IMG/VR virus record: IMGVR_UViG_3300043932_000242
Origin: an uncultured virus (IMG/VR IMGVR_UViG_3300043932_000242)
Lineage: Duplodnaviria > Heunggongvirae > Uroviricota > Caudoviricetes
Length of the DNA stretch: 64,000 bases
Strand: one strand, 5' to 3'
Shown here: positions 54,242 to 64,000 of the stretch, one piece after another
How positions within the stretch are numbered: the stretch's first letter is position 1
How the letters are laid out: the number at the start of each line of letters is the position of its first letter
The notes under the pieces: generated by a model
Database searches by the model: none
Told to the model about the DNA's origin: nothing
What the model saw: the letters and a program-made list of their open reading frames with translations, nothing else
Made by a program: the position numbers and the translations under genes

Positions 54242-54660
54242 GCAGCAGAATATTCAACTCGGAGTTCGAAAACTGCATGCGACTGCTTGTCGCTCTAAAC
54301 AAGTTCAAAACCGCGGTGACAGCTACCGAGCTTGCTGACGCCGACTTCGCAGCAACTTACGCCAGGCACTTCAGACTCGGCAGAACCGACCTGCACGGCT
54401 CTACAACCTTCGTTAATGCGATTTACACGCAGCGTCGAAGCAAAGCTCACGAGGCAATCCAGGTGCTAGTTGCGCACGGTTACGCCTATGCAGACCACGC
54501 TGGTGACGTGCCGCGCTTTACGATCTCCGAGACTGGCGCACACCTGGTGAGCCACGTGTCTTCTAGCTACGCCCAGCACTACCAACGCTACGTTGCAGCA
54601 GCATTGTCGGCGCTACGCAACGACACGCTGCAGCTGGTCGGTGTGAAGGAGGAAGCATGA
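54238..54660 (+). CDS. ABC-three-component middle component (MC2-like)
   Basis: IFNSEFENCMRLL...DFAATY...DLHG...SSYAQHY; ATGA overlaps on both sides. Confidence 0.7.
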   Translation: MSSRIFNSEFENCMRLLVALNKFKTAVTATELADADFAATYARHFRLGRTDLHGSTTFVNAIYTQRRSKAHEAIQVLVAHGYAYADHAGDVPRFTISETGAHLVSHVSSSYAQHYQRYVAAALSALRNDTLQLVGVKEEA

Positions 54661-56483
54661 GCGGATTTTGGATTAGCGAGATTCGCGCATACCCAAACCA
54701 AGGCGCCCCTTCCACGATCACGCTCACACAGGGCTTGAACGTCATTGCCGGGCCCTCAAATAGCGGGAAAACTCGCGTCGCCCGAACTATCGACTTCATC
54801 ATGGGCGGGGACCTCGTCCCTTTCACCGATGACTCGGACTACTGCACCGCAGAAATCGAGCTTGTCACTGCTGAGGGAGAAATCGTCACCCTGCGACGCA
54901 GCATCGGAGGAGACTACGTTGTCAGTCCACAGCCTGGCACTGAAGGCAAGGTCTACAGCGTAAAGCGAGATGACAAGGATACTGAGACGGATCTGAACTC
55001 GTTCCTAGTATCGCTGCTCGATTTCAAGCCCAGCCGCAAGGTCATCAAGAATTCCAGCTGGGAGAGTCAGACGCTGACATGGCGCAGCCTTTTCCACCTG
55101 CTGTACGTGCCTGAGAGCTACATCGATCGGCTCGACTCAACAATCTTGCGCAAGGGTGGAGACAAAGATTACGTCACTCGTACTGCGGAACTATCGACGC
55201 TGCTCGTGCTCGCGCAAGACGAAAACTTCGATGACATTGAGTCTCAAGAATCTGACAAAGATCGCCGTATCCGCCAGAGATCAGTCAAGCAGTTCATCAC
55301 CAGGCAAGTTGAGGCAGCTCGCAAGAAGGAGACGGAGCTCAGGGAAGTAGAGGAGCAGTACCGGGGCCGTGATATAGAAGCGGAACTCGCTACCCTCAAC
55401 GCCGAGTTCGACCAGCTTCGTCGAGACCAGATCGAGCTCAACGCCACCGGGCGGACGATTACCACGAAGATCAAAGAGATCGATGAGAACGTCGCGGCCT
55501 TTGCAGTAGACAAGTACCAGCGGCAAGAACTCATCAGCCACCTGGAAGCCGACCTGCACCGGCTCGAGTTCCTCGCCGAGGCGAGCGTTGATCCCGACAC
55601 GTTGAACATCAACATGTGCGGTTACTGCAAGCAACCAGTAGACGCGAGCATGAACCATCCCAGTCAGGAACAAATCGACGTCCAGCGCACTCGCCTAGAA
55701 GAGCAACTCGCGGGCGCACGCTCCAACCTGGCCGAGCTGGACTACACGATGTCGGAACTGACCCAACAGCGAGCTGACCTGGTGCTCAAGCATGCCGAAC
55801 TTCAAGATAGAATCGCTCACACGATCACGCCGCGCCAAGAACAGCTGACGCGTGAGGTTCGCACGCTCAAGGAGGTAGCGGGTATACAAGCGCGTCTCGA
55901 GCAGCTCCAGGAAACAATCCTGGCCCTGACTGATCTGGGACCGCAAGCGGCTGAGAAGCGGGAACCATACAAGCCTATGGAGTTTTTCAACGCGGACTTC
56001 ATCTACTCGATGGACACCACGATTCGTCGGATCCTCCATGAAATCGGCTTTCCCTCTGCTGACGCGGCGGTATTCGACGAGGCCACCCTCGACGTGACGA
56101 TCGACGGATACCGGAAGGACACCAAGGAGGGTAAAGGCTTCGCTGCCTTGCTCAACACCGTGGTGATGGTCGCCTTCCATGAGTACCTTGATCAACGCTC
56201 GCCCCACGCGCCGCACTTCCTCATCATTGATTCTCCTCTGAAAAACTTTGACGACAGCCAGCTCACCGCGCCGGACTCCATGCGACAGAAGCTGCTCGGC
56301 TACATCGCCCGCACGACCACCAACCGTCAGGTCATCCTGTGTGAGAACCTCAATCTTCTCAGTGGGGTGGACCTCGACGCACTTCCCAACACGACAGCCA
56401 TCCGATTCAGCAAAGACCCGTACCAGGGCCGCTACGGCTACCTCGACGGGGTCTACGAGCCGGGAGAACACCCACATGAGTAG
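54657..56483 (+). CDS. SMC/Rad50-like ABC ATPase
   Basis: Walker A GPSNSGKT, coiled coils with CGYC hook, GKG signature, Walker B LIIDSP. Confidence 0.85.
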   Translation: MSGFWISEIRAYPNQGAPSTITLTQGLNVIAGPSNSGKTRVARTIDFIMGGDLVPFTDDSDYCTAEIELVTAEGEIVTLRRSIGGDYVVSPQPGTEGKVYSVKRDDKDTETDLNSFLVSLLDFKPSRKVIKNSSWESQTLTWRSLFHLLYVPESYIDRLDSTILRKGGDKDYVTRTAELSTLLVLAQDENFDDIESQESDKDRRIRQRSVKQFITRQVEAARKKETELREVEEQYRGRDIEAELATLNAEFDQLRRDQIELNATGRTITTKIKEIDENVAAFAVDKYQRQELISHLEADLHRLEFLAEASVDPDTLNINMCGYCKQPVDASMNHPSQEQIDVQRTRLEEQLAGARSNLAELDYTMSELTQQRADLVLKHAELQDRIAHTITPRQEQLTREVRTLKEVAGIQARLEQLQETILALTDLGPQAAEKREPYKPMEFFNADFIYSMDTTIRRILHEIGFPSADAAVFDEATLDVTIDGYRKDTKEGKGFAALLNTVVMVAFHEYLDQRSPHAPHFLIIDSPLKNFDDSQLTAPDSMRQKLLGYIARTTTNRQVILCENLNLLSGVDLDALPNTTAIRFSKDPYQGRYGYLDGVYEPGEHPHE

Positions 56484-56724
56484 CCAATCCACCAAGCTCA
56501 AGATCAGCTATAAACCCCTGTGGAAAACACTGATCGACAAAGGAATGCGCAAACAGGACCTCCGCGAAAAGGCGAAAATCTCGGCATCCACGATCGCCAA
56601 ACTCGGCCGGGACGAGAACGTCACAACCGCAGTACTCGTGCGCATATGCGAAGCACTCGAATGCGGGCTAGGCGACGTGGCTGTTTTAGAACGACGTCCA
56701 AGCCAAGAGAACATTAGCCAATAG
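56476..56724 (+). CDS. Cro/C1-type HTH_26 regulator
   Basis: ISYKPLWKTLIDKGMRKQDL...STIAKLGRDENVTTAVLVRICEALEC. Confidence 0.88.
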   Translation: MSSQSTKLKISYKPLWKTLIDKGMRKQDLREKAKISASTIAKLGRDENVTTAVLVRICEALECGLGDVAVLERRPSQENISQ

Positions 56725-56752
56725 AACTAAGAAACAATCCAAGGAACATTTA

Positions 56753-58318
56753 GTGACCAACAAGCAACTAACCCTCAGTGAATTGGAGCAGTACCTCGCT
56801 GCTGCTGCCGATTTGCTGCGCGGCGGGATCGACCAGGCCGACTTTAAGGCCTACATCTTTCCGCTGATGTTCTTCAAGCGTCTCAATGACGTGCACCAGG
56901 AAGAATACGAACTGGCGCTCGCGCAGTCAGGCGGCGACGAAGATTTCGCTGCACTGCCAGAGAACTACTCCTTTGTCATCCCTAAGCAGGCTTCGTGGGA
57001 GAACGTTCGCTCGACAACGAAGGACGTGGGGCAAGCTCTCGTGACTGCGTTCCGCTTGATCGAAGCGAATAATCCTCACCAACTCGGTGGGATTTTCGGC
57101 AGCGCTGCCTGGACTAACAAAGCCAAACTGCCCGATGAGCGCCTGCTGGATCTGCTCGAGCACTTCTCCACCAAGACTCTGTCAAATGCGAATGTGGCAC
57201 CGGACGTGTTCGGGCAGGCCTACGAGTACCTGATCAAGCGGTTTGCGGACCTCTCCCGCAAGAAAGCGGGCGAGTATTACACCCCGCGCTCAGTGGTGCG
57301 CATGATGGTGGAAATCCTGGATCCCCAGCCGGGCCAGACCACTTATGATCCTGCCTGCGGCACGGCTGGCATGCTCATCGAGGTCATCGCCCATGCCAAG
57401 GAACAGGGGCATGATCCGCGCCTGCTCTGGGGCAAACTGTATGGGCAGGAAAAGACACTCACGACGGCTTCGATTGCTCGCATGAACCTGCTACTGCACG
57501 GGGTTCCGGAATTCAACATCGTGCGTGAGGACACCCTGCGAGCTCCCGCTTTCCACGCCGGTGAGCGCCTGCAACAGTTCGACAACGTGATCGCGAATCC
57601 ACCGTTCTCGCTGAAAAACTGGGGGCGCGATGCGTGGGAGACGGACCCGTGGGGCCGAAACCTGCTCGGAGGTACCCCACCTGCGGGCTATGCGGACTGG
57701 GCATGGATCGAACACATGGTGGCATCCGCCAAACCCGGCACGGGCAAGGTAGCCGTGGTCGTGCCACAGGGCGCACTGTTCCGTGGTGATGTGAATAGTA
57801 AGTCTGGGGATAACGAGGCAACGATTCGCCGCGAGTTCATCGAGCGTGACCTCATCGAGGCAGTGATCGAGATGGCCCCCAACCTGTTCTACGGCACGGG
57901 GCTGGCTCCCGCGATTGTGGTGCTGCGTACCAGCAAACAGCCCAAGCGAGCAGGCAAGATCCTTTTTTTGGACGGCTCGGAGCTGTTCACTAAGGGGCGT
58001 AACCAGAACACCTTGGAGCGTGAGCACGCCGTCCGCATCGTGCAGGCTTACCAGGAGTTCAGCGCGCAGGAGCATTTTGCGCACGTGGCCAGCCTGGACG
58101 AGGTGCGCGCCCAGGACTACAACCTCACCGTCGCCCGCTACGTCGCCAAACCACAGAGTGAAACCGGCACCACCCTGGCAGACGCCATCGAACAGCTGAC
58201 GGAAACGTGGCAGCAAGTGCAAGCCTCACGTGCACGCCTTGAGGAAGAACTCGCGAAGTGGGGCCTGGGGTTTGATGCTGCAGCGGCAGTGGATGAGGTC
58301 GCGGAGGAGGCGAGATGA
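56753..58318 (+). CDS. hsdM: Type I R-M methyltransferase subunit M1 (NPPF, predicted m6A)
   Basis: GEYYTP, YDPACGTAG, IANPPF. Confidence 0.92.
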   Translation: MTNKQLTLSELEQYLAAAADLLRGGIDQADFKAYIFPLMFFKRLNDVHQEEYELALAQSGGDEDFAALPENYSFVIPKQASWENVRSTTKDVGQALVTAFRLIEANNPHQLGGIFGSAAWTNKAKLPDERLLDLLEHFSTKTLSNANVAPDVFGQAYEYLIKRFADLSRKKAGEYYTPRSVVRMMVEILDPQPGQTTYDPACGTAGMLIEVIAHAKEQGHDPRLLWGKLYGQEKTLTTASIARMNLLLHGVPEFNIVREDTLRAPAFHAGERLQQFDNVIANPPFSLKNWGRDAWETDPWGRNLLGGTPPAGYADWAWIEHMVASAKPGTGKVAVVVPQGALFRGDVNSKSGDNEATIRREFIERDLIEAVIEMAPNLFYGTGLAPAIVVLRTSKQPKRAGKILFLDGSELFTKGRNQNTLEREHAVRIVQAYQEFSAQEHFAHVASLDEVRAQDYNLTVARYVAKPQSETGTTLADAIEQLTETWQQVQASRARLEEELAKWGLGFDAAAAVDEVAEEAR

Positions 58319-59817
58319 GTAAGCGAATCACCCAAGAACAGCTTGAGTCCTACCTGTGGGGCGCGGCTGAACTTCTGCGCGGCCTGATCGATGCCGGTGA
58401 CTACAAGCAGTACATCTTCCCGCTGGTGTTTTTGAAGCGCATCAGCGACGTCTACGACGAAGAACGCGCCCAGGCGCTCGCCCTGTATGGCGATGAGGAC
58501 CTAGCCGACCTGCCAGAGAACCACCGCTTCGCCATCCCCGAGGGTGCCCACTGGCAGAACCTGCGCGAAACCACCACCAACATTGGCGAGACCGCGCGCA
58601 CCATCATGCGCGCCATCGAAGCAGCCAACCCCACAACCCTCACTGGCGTGTTCGGAGACGGCGACTGGTCCAACAAAGAACTGCTGCCGGATGCCACCCT
58701 GGCAGACCTCATCGAGCACTTCTCCAAACGCACACTCAGCCTGGAAAACCTCCCCGAGGACGAGCTCGGGCAAGGCTACGAGTTCCTGATTAAGAAATTC
58801 GCCGATGATTCGGGGCATACCGCCCAGGAGTTCTACACCAACCGCACCCTCGTACACCTCATGGCGCAGATGCTGGAACCCCAGCCGGGAGAATCCTGCT
58901 ATGACCCCACCTGCGGCACGGCTGGCATGTTGATTTCCACCGTGGCAGAGCTGAAACGCCAGGGCAAGGAATGGCGCAACCTGAGCCTGTACGGGCAGGA
59001 GCTCAACTACGGGACCAGCGCTATCGGCAAGATGAACATGTTCCTGCACGGCATCGAAGATGCCCACATCGCCCACGGGGACACGCTGAAGAATCCGGCG
59101 TTCACCAGCAGTGACGGTCATCTGCAAACCTTTGATATCGTGCTGGCAAACCCACCGTACTCCATCAAGAATTGGGACCGCGAGCTCTTTAGTAACGACC
59201 CTTATGGGCGCAACATGTGGGGCACCCCACCGCAAGGGCGCGCCGACTACGCCTTCTTCCAACACATCGCCGCATCCCTCAAGCCCCGCACTGGCCGAGC
59301 AGCAATCCTCTTCCCCCACGGGGTGCTCTTCCGCCAAGAAGAAGCCACCATGCGTCAGGCCGCTATCGAATCAGACTTGATTGAGGCAGTCATCGGCCTA
59401 GGACCAGGATTGTTCTACAACAGCCCCATGGAAGCCGTGGTCATCGTGCTGCGAGCCACCAAACCAGCGGAGCGCAAGAACAAGATCCTGTTCATCAACG
59501 CGGTAGACGAATACGCCCGCATCAGCGCCCAGAGTTTCCTGCTTGCCGAGCACCAGCAAAAGATCCTGCGCGCCTACCAGGCGTTCCAGGATCAGCCAGG
59601 GTTTACCCGCGTGGCCACCGTGGATGACATTGCCGCTCTCGACTACACCCTGGCCATCCCACGCTACGTCAGCCCAGTCGCAGCCAGCGATGCAGGCAAC
59701 CAGGATGCACCAACAAGTATTGAGGATGCACTCACCGCGTGGCGGCGCGCAGCCGCCCAGACCGATGCCGTCTTCGCCGAACTACTCGATGCTCTCACCC
59801 AGGAGGTGAACAAATGA
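58315..59817 (+). CDS. hsdM: Type I R-M methyltransferase subunit M2 (NPPY, predicted m4C)
   Basis: QEFYTN, YDPTCGTAG, LANPPY. Confidence 0.92.
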   Translation: MSKRITQEQLESYLWGAAELLRGLIDAGDYKQYIFPLVFLKRISDVYDEERAQALALYGDEDLADLPENHRFAIPEGAHWQNLRETTTNIGETARTIMRAIEAANPTTLTGVFGDGDWSNKELLPDATLADLIEHFSKRTLSLENLPEDELGQGYEFLIKKFADDSGHTAQEFYTNRTLVHLMAQMLEPQPGESCYDPTCGTAGMLISTVAELKRQGKEWRNLSLYGQELNYGTSAIGKMNMFLHGIEDAHIAHGDTLKNPAFTSSDGHLQTFDIVLANPPYSIKNWDRELFSNDPYGRNMWGTPPQGRADYAFFQHIAASLKPRTGRAAILFPHGVLFRQEEATMRQAAIESDLIEAVIGLGPGLFYNSPMEAVVIVLRATKPAERKNKILFINAVDEYARISAQSFLLAEHQQKILRAYQAFQDQPGFTRVATVDDIAALDYTLAIPRYVSPVAASDAGNQDAPTSIEDALTAWRRAAAQTDAVFAELLDALTQEVNK

Positions 59818-60926
59818 GCCTGCACATCGATAAAGGCACCTGGACCAGAGTCAAGCTCGGTGATGTGGTGCGCAACGTCAACGAAAGCGTAAAAGACCCC
59901 GCATCGATTGGAATCGACCGTACTATCGGACTGGAACACATCGAGTCAGGAAACTTTGAGGTGCAAGGCTACGGCACCTTGGACGAAGGCGTGAGCTTCA
60001 CCCGACTGGTACGCCCTGGTCAGGTGCTGTTCGGGAAGCGACGCGCATACCTGCGTAAGGTCGCTGTTGCCTCCTTCGACGCAGTGTGCTCTGGCGACAT
60101 CCTGGTCTTCGAGCCGAAGGACGACCGACTCGATGCGCGTTTTCTGCCCTTCCTTGTGAGCTCAGACGATTTCTTCGATACCGCGCTGCAAACCTCGGCC
60201 GGCTCGATGTCTCCTCGCACCAGTTGGAAAGCCCTCGCGGCCTACGAGTTCCTGCTCCCACCCATCGAAGAACAACACCGCATCGCCGACCTCCTATGGG
60301 CTGTTAAGAGTCACCTGGCGACACTCAAGTCTCAAGCACTGATTCTTGAAGCCACGGACACTCGGAATGGGTTTGGAAAATGGCTAGCTGAGCGATTTCG
60401 GAATGCTGAGACTGCAAAATTTTCCGAGTTATTTCAAGTGTCGAGTGGTAGTTTTCTTCCCGCCAAGAACTTTACCGAGGGTCAGATTCCCGTTTATGGC
60501 GGAAATGGTATTGCTGGTTACCACGGCAGTTCAAACACTGAAGCCGATGCCATCATTATTGGTCGTGTTGGCGCTTACTGCGGTAACGTACATAAGGTGG
60601 AGTCTCCAGCCTGGATTACAGACAATGCGCTGATAGTCAAAATAAAAAATCCAGAGCTTTTTGTCTCATTGGACTACATTGCACTGTTGTTGAAGCTACT
60701 AGGTCTAAATGCTTATGCTTCACAAACTGCACAGCCTTCTTTGTCGGGTAAAACTCTAGCCGAATGTCGGGTTCCGCTCGTGGCGATAGAAGAGCAGTTT
60801 CACATTCAAGAAGTTTTGAACTTTATCCAGGCAACGCAGTCTGCTATCGAGTTTGAGTCTCAGAATCTCGCTAGCTTTGCAATGGAGATTCAATTTTCGA
60901 TATTTGGAGGCTCTGATGTTCGCTGA
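59814..60926 (+). CDS. hsdS: Type I R-M specificity subunit
   Basis: Two TRDs with conserved LPPIEEQHRI and VPLVAIEEQ spacers. Confidence 0.9.
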   Translation: MSLHIDKGTWTRVKLGDVVRNVNESVKDPASIGIDRTIGLEHIESGNFEVQGYGTLDEGVSFTRLVRPGQVLFGKRRAYLRKVAVASFDAVCSGDILVFEPKDDRLDARFLPFLVSSDDFFDTALQTSAGSMSPRTSWKALAAYEFLLPPIEEQHRIADLLWAVKSHLATLKSQALILEATDTRNGFGKWLAERFRNAETAKFSELFQVSSGSFLPAKNFTEGQIPVYGGNGIAGYHGSSNTEADAIIIGRVGAYCGNVHKVESPAWITDNALIVKIKNPELFVSLDYIALLLKLLGLNAYASQTAQPSLSGKTLAECRVPLVAIEEQFHIQEVLNFIQATQSAIEFESQNLASFAMEIQFSIFGGSDVR

Positions 60927-63840
60927 GAATCCGACTGTGCGAGATTTTGTGTTTGACCGGGTGGCCAGCCTCGACGTGCAGGGTATTGAGGGTCACGACC
61001 TGCCGCGTGACACACACGAGGTGCTGCTTGAAGGTCCTCTGCGTGCGGCGCTGATTCGCTTGAACCCTGAAATCGCAGCCCAGGAGTCACGCGCTGATGA
61101 GGTTATCACCGCCCTGCGGCGCATCCTGCTCGACGCGACCCACACCCCGCATCCGGTGGTAGCTAACGAGCAGTTCACTGCCTGGCTCACCGGCGACAAA
61201 TCCATGCCCTTTGGCGAAAGTGGCGAGCACGTGCCCGTACGGATCATCGACTTCGACGACCCAGGGGATGCCTCCTCAAACCAATGGATGGTCTCGCGCG
61301 AGGTCACCTTCCGGCAAGGTAAAGAAACCAATCGCTTTGACGTGGTGATCTGGTGCAACGGGCTACCACTCGTGGTGGTAGAAACGAAGACTGCAGTGGG
61401 GCCGTCGAAGACCTGGCTTGATGGTGCCCAGCAGATTCACAATGAGTATGAGGTGGAAGCCTCCCAGTTCTTCGTGCCCAACGTGTTTAGCGTAGCCACA
61501 GACGGAAAAGAGCTCCGCTACGGCTCAGTAGGGATGCCGATAGAAAAATGGGGGCCGTGGCGCGATGAAGACGAACCCTCCGACGCAGTACCTAGCCTAG
61601 CCAAGGTCGGCAAAGCCATCGACGGCCTCCTGCAGCCCGAGGTGATCTTGGACTTCCTGCGGTTCTTCTCCACCTTCGGCACCGACCGTCAACATCGGCG
61701 CATCAAGCTCATCGCCCGTTTCCAACAGATCCAAGCCGCCAACAAAATCGTTGCCCGTGTGCTGGAAGGCAAGAAAAAGCAGGGGCTGATCTGGCATTTC
61801 CAAGGCTCTGGTAAATCACTGCTGATGGTGTTCACCGCGCGCAAACTGCGCGCCCAGCCACAGTTGAAGTCGCCCACGGTCATGGTGGTGGTCGACCGCA
61901 CCGACCTGGATGCGCAAATCACTTCAACGTTCCTGGCCGCTGACGTGGCCAATATGGTGCAGGTGGGCAGCAAAGCAGAACTGAAAGACCTGCTGAATGC
62001 TGGTAGTCGCAAGGTCATCATCACCATGATCCACAAGTTTGGTGACATCACCGAGGCGCTCGATGAGCGCGACAACATCATTGTGATGGTCGACGAAGCC
62101 CACCGTACCCAGGAGGGCGACCTAGGCCGCGCCATGCGCACCGCACTGCCGAACGCGTTCCTCTTCGGCCTCACCGGCACGCCCATCAACAAGCGCGACC
62201 ACAACACCTTCAAGTGGTTTGGAGACCCCAGCGACGAATCCGGGTACCTCTCCCGATACAGTTTCCAAGACTCCCAGCGCGACGGAGCCACGCTGCCGCT
62301 GAACTTTGAGCCTCGCCTGTCTGAAATGCACCTCGATGAGCACGCTATCGATATCGCGTTTGAGGAGCTGACACGGGAAAACGAGCTCACCGAAGCAGAT
62401 CGCACGAAACTCTCCAAACAGGCATCCAGCATTGAGGTGCTCATCAAGGCCCCTGACCGCGTGGCCAAGGTGGCCGCCGACATCGCAGAGCACTTCCAGT
62501 CGCATGTCGCCCCGCAAGGCTTCAAAGCGCAGGTGGTGGTCTACGACAAAGAAATGTGCGTGGCCTACAAGCACGAACTGGACAAGTACCTTCCCACTGA
62601 GGCCAGCACCGTGGTCATGAGCTCGGCACAAACCGACCCGCCCGAGTGGCATCAATGGACACCAGATCGCAGCCAAATGGACCGCCTACTCGAGCGATTC
62701 AACAACCCGAATGATCCGCTCAAGATCGTCATCGTCACCGCCAAACTGCTGACCGGCTTCGATGCCCCCATCTTGCAGGCACAGTACCTCGACAAGCCCC
62801 TGCACGACCACACACTGCTGCAAGCCATCACCCGCACCAACCGTGTCTACCCACCAAACAAGGCCTACGGGCTGGTGGTGGACTACCTGGGAGTGTTCGA
62901 TGACCTCGCCAACGCGCTGTCCTTCGATGACCAGTCCGTTCGAGACGTCATCAAGAATCTCGATGACCTGGTGGACCAATTCCCGCCGGCAATGCAGGCT
63001 GCTCTCGCATTCTTCCCTGGCGTGGACCGCACGCAAGACGGATGGGAAGCACTTCAAGCCGCACAGGAAATGCTCGGCGAAGACCGCCGCGATGCTTTCG
63101 CTAAGGCCTACTCGATAGTGCACCAACTGTGGGAGGCACTAAGCCCTGCACCCTTCCTGGCCGAATACAAGCGCGACTACACCTGGCTGACTGCTGTCTA
63201 CCAGTCCACCCGCCCAGCAGAGACCTCAAACCGGCTCCTCTGGCATGCGCTCGGTGGAAAGACCCTTGCCCTCATCCACGAGCACGTACAGGTAGACCTG
63301 CCGCGCCGAGATCTGGAAACTATCGTCCTGGATGCAGACTTGGTCGAGGACCTGATGCTCGGTGGGCGCGGCACCGTGGACCCAGATGAACTCGCCAAGA
63401 TCGTCTCCAAGCGCATTGCCAAACACGCGGGAGATCCCCTCTTCATTGCCCTGGGTAAGCGACTACAGGATCTGCGCAAACGCTACGCCGACGCGCAGCA
63501 GCACAGCCTGGACTTCCTGCGCGAACTCCTCGAACTAGGCCGCGACACCTTGCAGGCCGAGAAAGAAGCCGGCGAGGTGCCACGCGAGGAACGCGGCAAG
63601 GCAGCACTTACGGAGCTGTTCGAGACCGTGCGAAGCGAGTCCACGCCTATCATCGTGGAGAAGGTCGTCGAGGAGATCGACAATGTCGTTAGGCAGGTAC
63701 GCTTCGATGGCTGGCAGTCAACCAGCGAGGGAGACCGAGAAGTTCGCCGCCAACTGCGCCTGATACTGGTCGTCAAGTTCAAGATCAAATCGACCGACGT
63801 CTTCGAGAAGGCTCACGAATACATCCGCGAATACTACTAA
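60916..63840 (+). CDS. hsdR: Type I R-M restriction subunit
   Basis: RFDVVIWCNGLPLVVVETK, QGSGKS, DEAHR, LTGTP, LLTGFDAP, QAITRTNR. Confidence 0.95.
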   Translation: MFAENPTVRDFVFDRVASLDVQGIEGHDLPRDTHEVLLEGPLRAALIRLNPEIAAQESRADEVITALRRILLDATHTPHPVVANEQFTAWLTGDKSMPFGESGEHVPVRIIDFDDPGDASSNQWMVSREVTFRQGKETNRFDVVIWCNGLPLVVVETKTAVGPSKTWLDGAQQIHNEYEVEASQFFVPNVFSVATDGKELRYGSVGMPIEKWGPWRDEDEPSDAVPSLAKVGKAIDGLLQPEVILDFLRFFSTFGTDRQHRRIKLIARFQQIQAANKIVARVLEGKKKQGLIWHFQGSGKSLLMVFTARKLRAQPQLKSPTVMVVVDRTDLDAQITSTFLAADVANMVQVGSKAELKDLLNAGSRKVIITMIHKFGDITEALDERDNIIVMVDEAHRTQEGDLGRAMRTALPNAFLFGLTGTPINKRDHNTFKWFGDPSDESGYLSRYSFQDSQRDGATLPLNFEPRLSEMHLDEHAIDIAFEELTRENELTEADRTKLSKQASSIEVLIKAPDRVAKVAADIAEHFQSHVAPQGFKAQVVVYDKEMCVAYKHELDKYLPTEASTVVMSSAQTDPPEWHQWTPDRSQMDRLLERFNNPNDPLKIVIVTAKLLTGFDAPILQAQYLDKPLHDHTLLQAITRTNRVYPPNKAYGLVVDYLGVFDDLANALSFDDQSVRDVIKNLDDLVDQFPPAMQAALAFFPGVDRTQDGWEALQAAQEMLGEDRRDAFAKAYSIVHQLWEALSPAPFLAEYKRDYTWLTAVYQSTRPAETSNRLLWHALGGKTLALIHEHVQVDLPRRDLETIVLDADLVEDLMLGGRGTVDPDELAKIVSKRIAKHAGDPLFIALGKRLQDLRKRYADAQQHSLDFLRELLELGRDTLQAEKEAGEVPREERGKAALTELFETVRSESTPIIVEKVVEEIDNVVRQVRFDGWQSTSEGDREVRRQLRLILVVKFKIKSTDVFEKAHEYIREYY

Positions 63841-64000
63841 TCTACGAAGGTGAACCTTTTGATGCTTTCGGCTTCAACCGTACAAGACACCTTCTGAGCG
63901 TCGGCTCCGAATCCCCGATCAGCCTCAGTGGGGAGCCGCTCCACAGGTCATTCACGCCAACGACGTGCCCTTGCCGATGGATTGGGACGGGGGCGGGTGG

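Larger units (their letters stand above)
11218..64000. mobile_element. Temperate siphovirus-like prophage (left end at the mod junction; right end beyond the window)
   Basis: Integration, lysis, tail, head, packaging, replication and regulatory modules in order; the 3' half of mod is not found in the window, so the right-arm defence genes are assigned to it by inference. Confidence 0.85.

Noticed and set aside
59814..60926. Invertible hsdS shufflon
   Set aside because: Single hsdS, with no silent TRD copies, flanking inverted repeats or adjacent invertase in the window
63874..63900. caa ccg tac aag aca (QPYKT) as attR or the resumed mod gene
   Set aside because: Only superficially like PPYNT, and the following codons do not resemble Mod

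Overview
High-GC actinobacterial window with nested mobile DNA. (1) About 560-11217 is a decayed integrative-element segment: NERD nuclease, XRE repressor, excisionase-like HTHs, a phage-type replication initiator with internal iterons, a DnaC/IS481/YraN deletion scar, and an RHH-SNF2-DUF4391-type III mod defence operon. (2) The mod gene is cut exactly at its catalytic IYID|PPY motif (about 11217) by a >52 kb siphovirus-like prophage, mostly on the minus strand. It carries two large serine recombinases, a CW_7 amidase lysin and holin, tail genes (with a -1 frameshifted chaperone), an HK97-type head, terminase, a ParB-fused methylase, MetK, HNH, SNF2, VRR-NUC, P4-type primase, Bro antirepressor, PolA, DUF2815/DUF2800 and a sigma-like regulator. 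(3) The divergent right arm encodes an ABC-three-component (Lamassu-like) system with an HTH-like effector, and a type I R-M system with two different HsdM subunits (NPPF and NPPY). The right prophage end is not in the window. The most unusual unexplained structure is a 1.13 kb non-coding hierarchical repeat array (26780-27913) inside the head-tail gene cluster. It consists of AGNNCY hexamers every about 11 bp, within 55-bp repeats, within 315-bp super-repeats separated by IR-closed GC-rich modules. A second notable structure is a set of five small-gene cassettes (33734-36806), each with its own conserved promoter block and AGAGAT-N4-ATCTCT palindrome. All family assignments are by eye from motifs and synteny; no searches were run.
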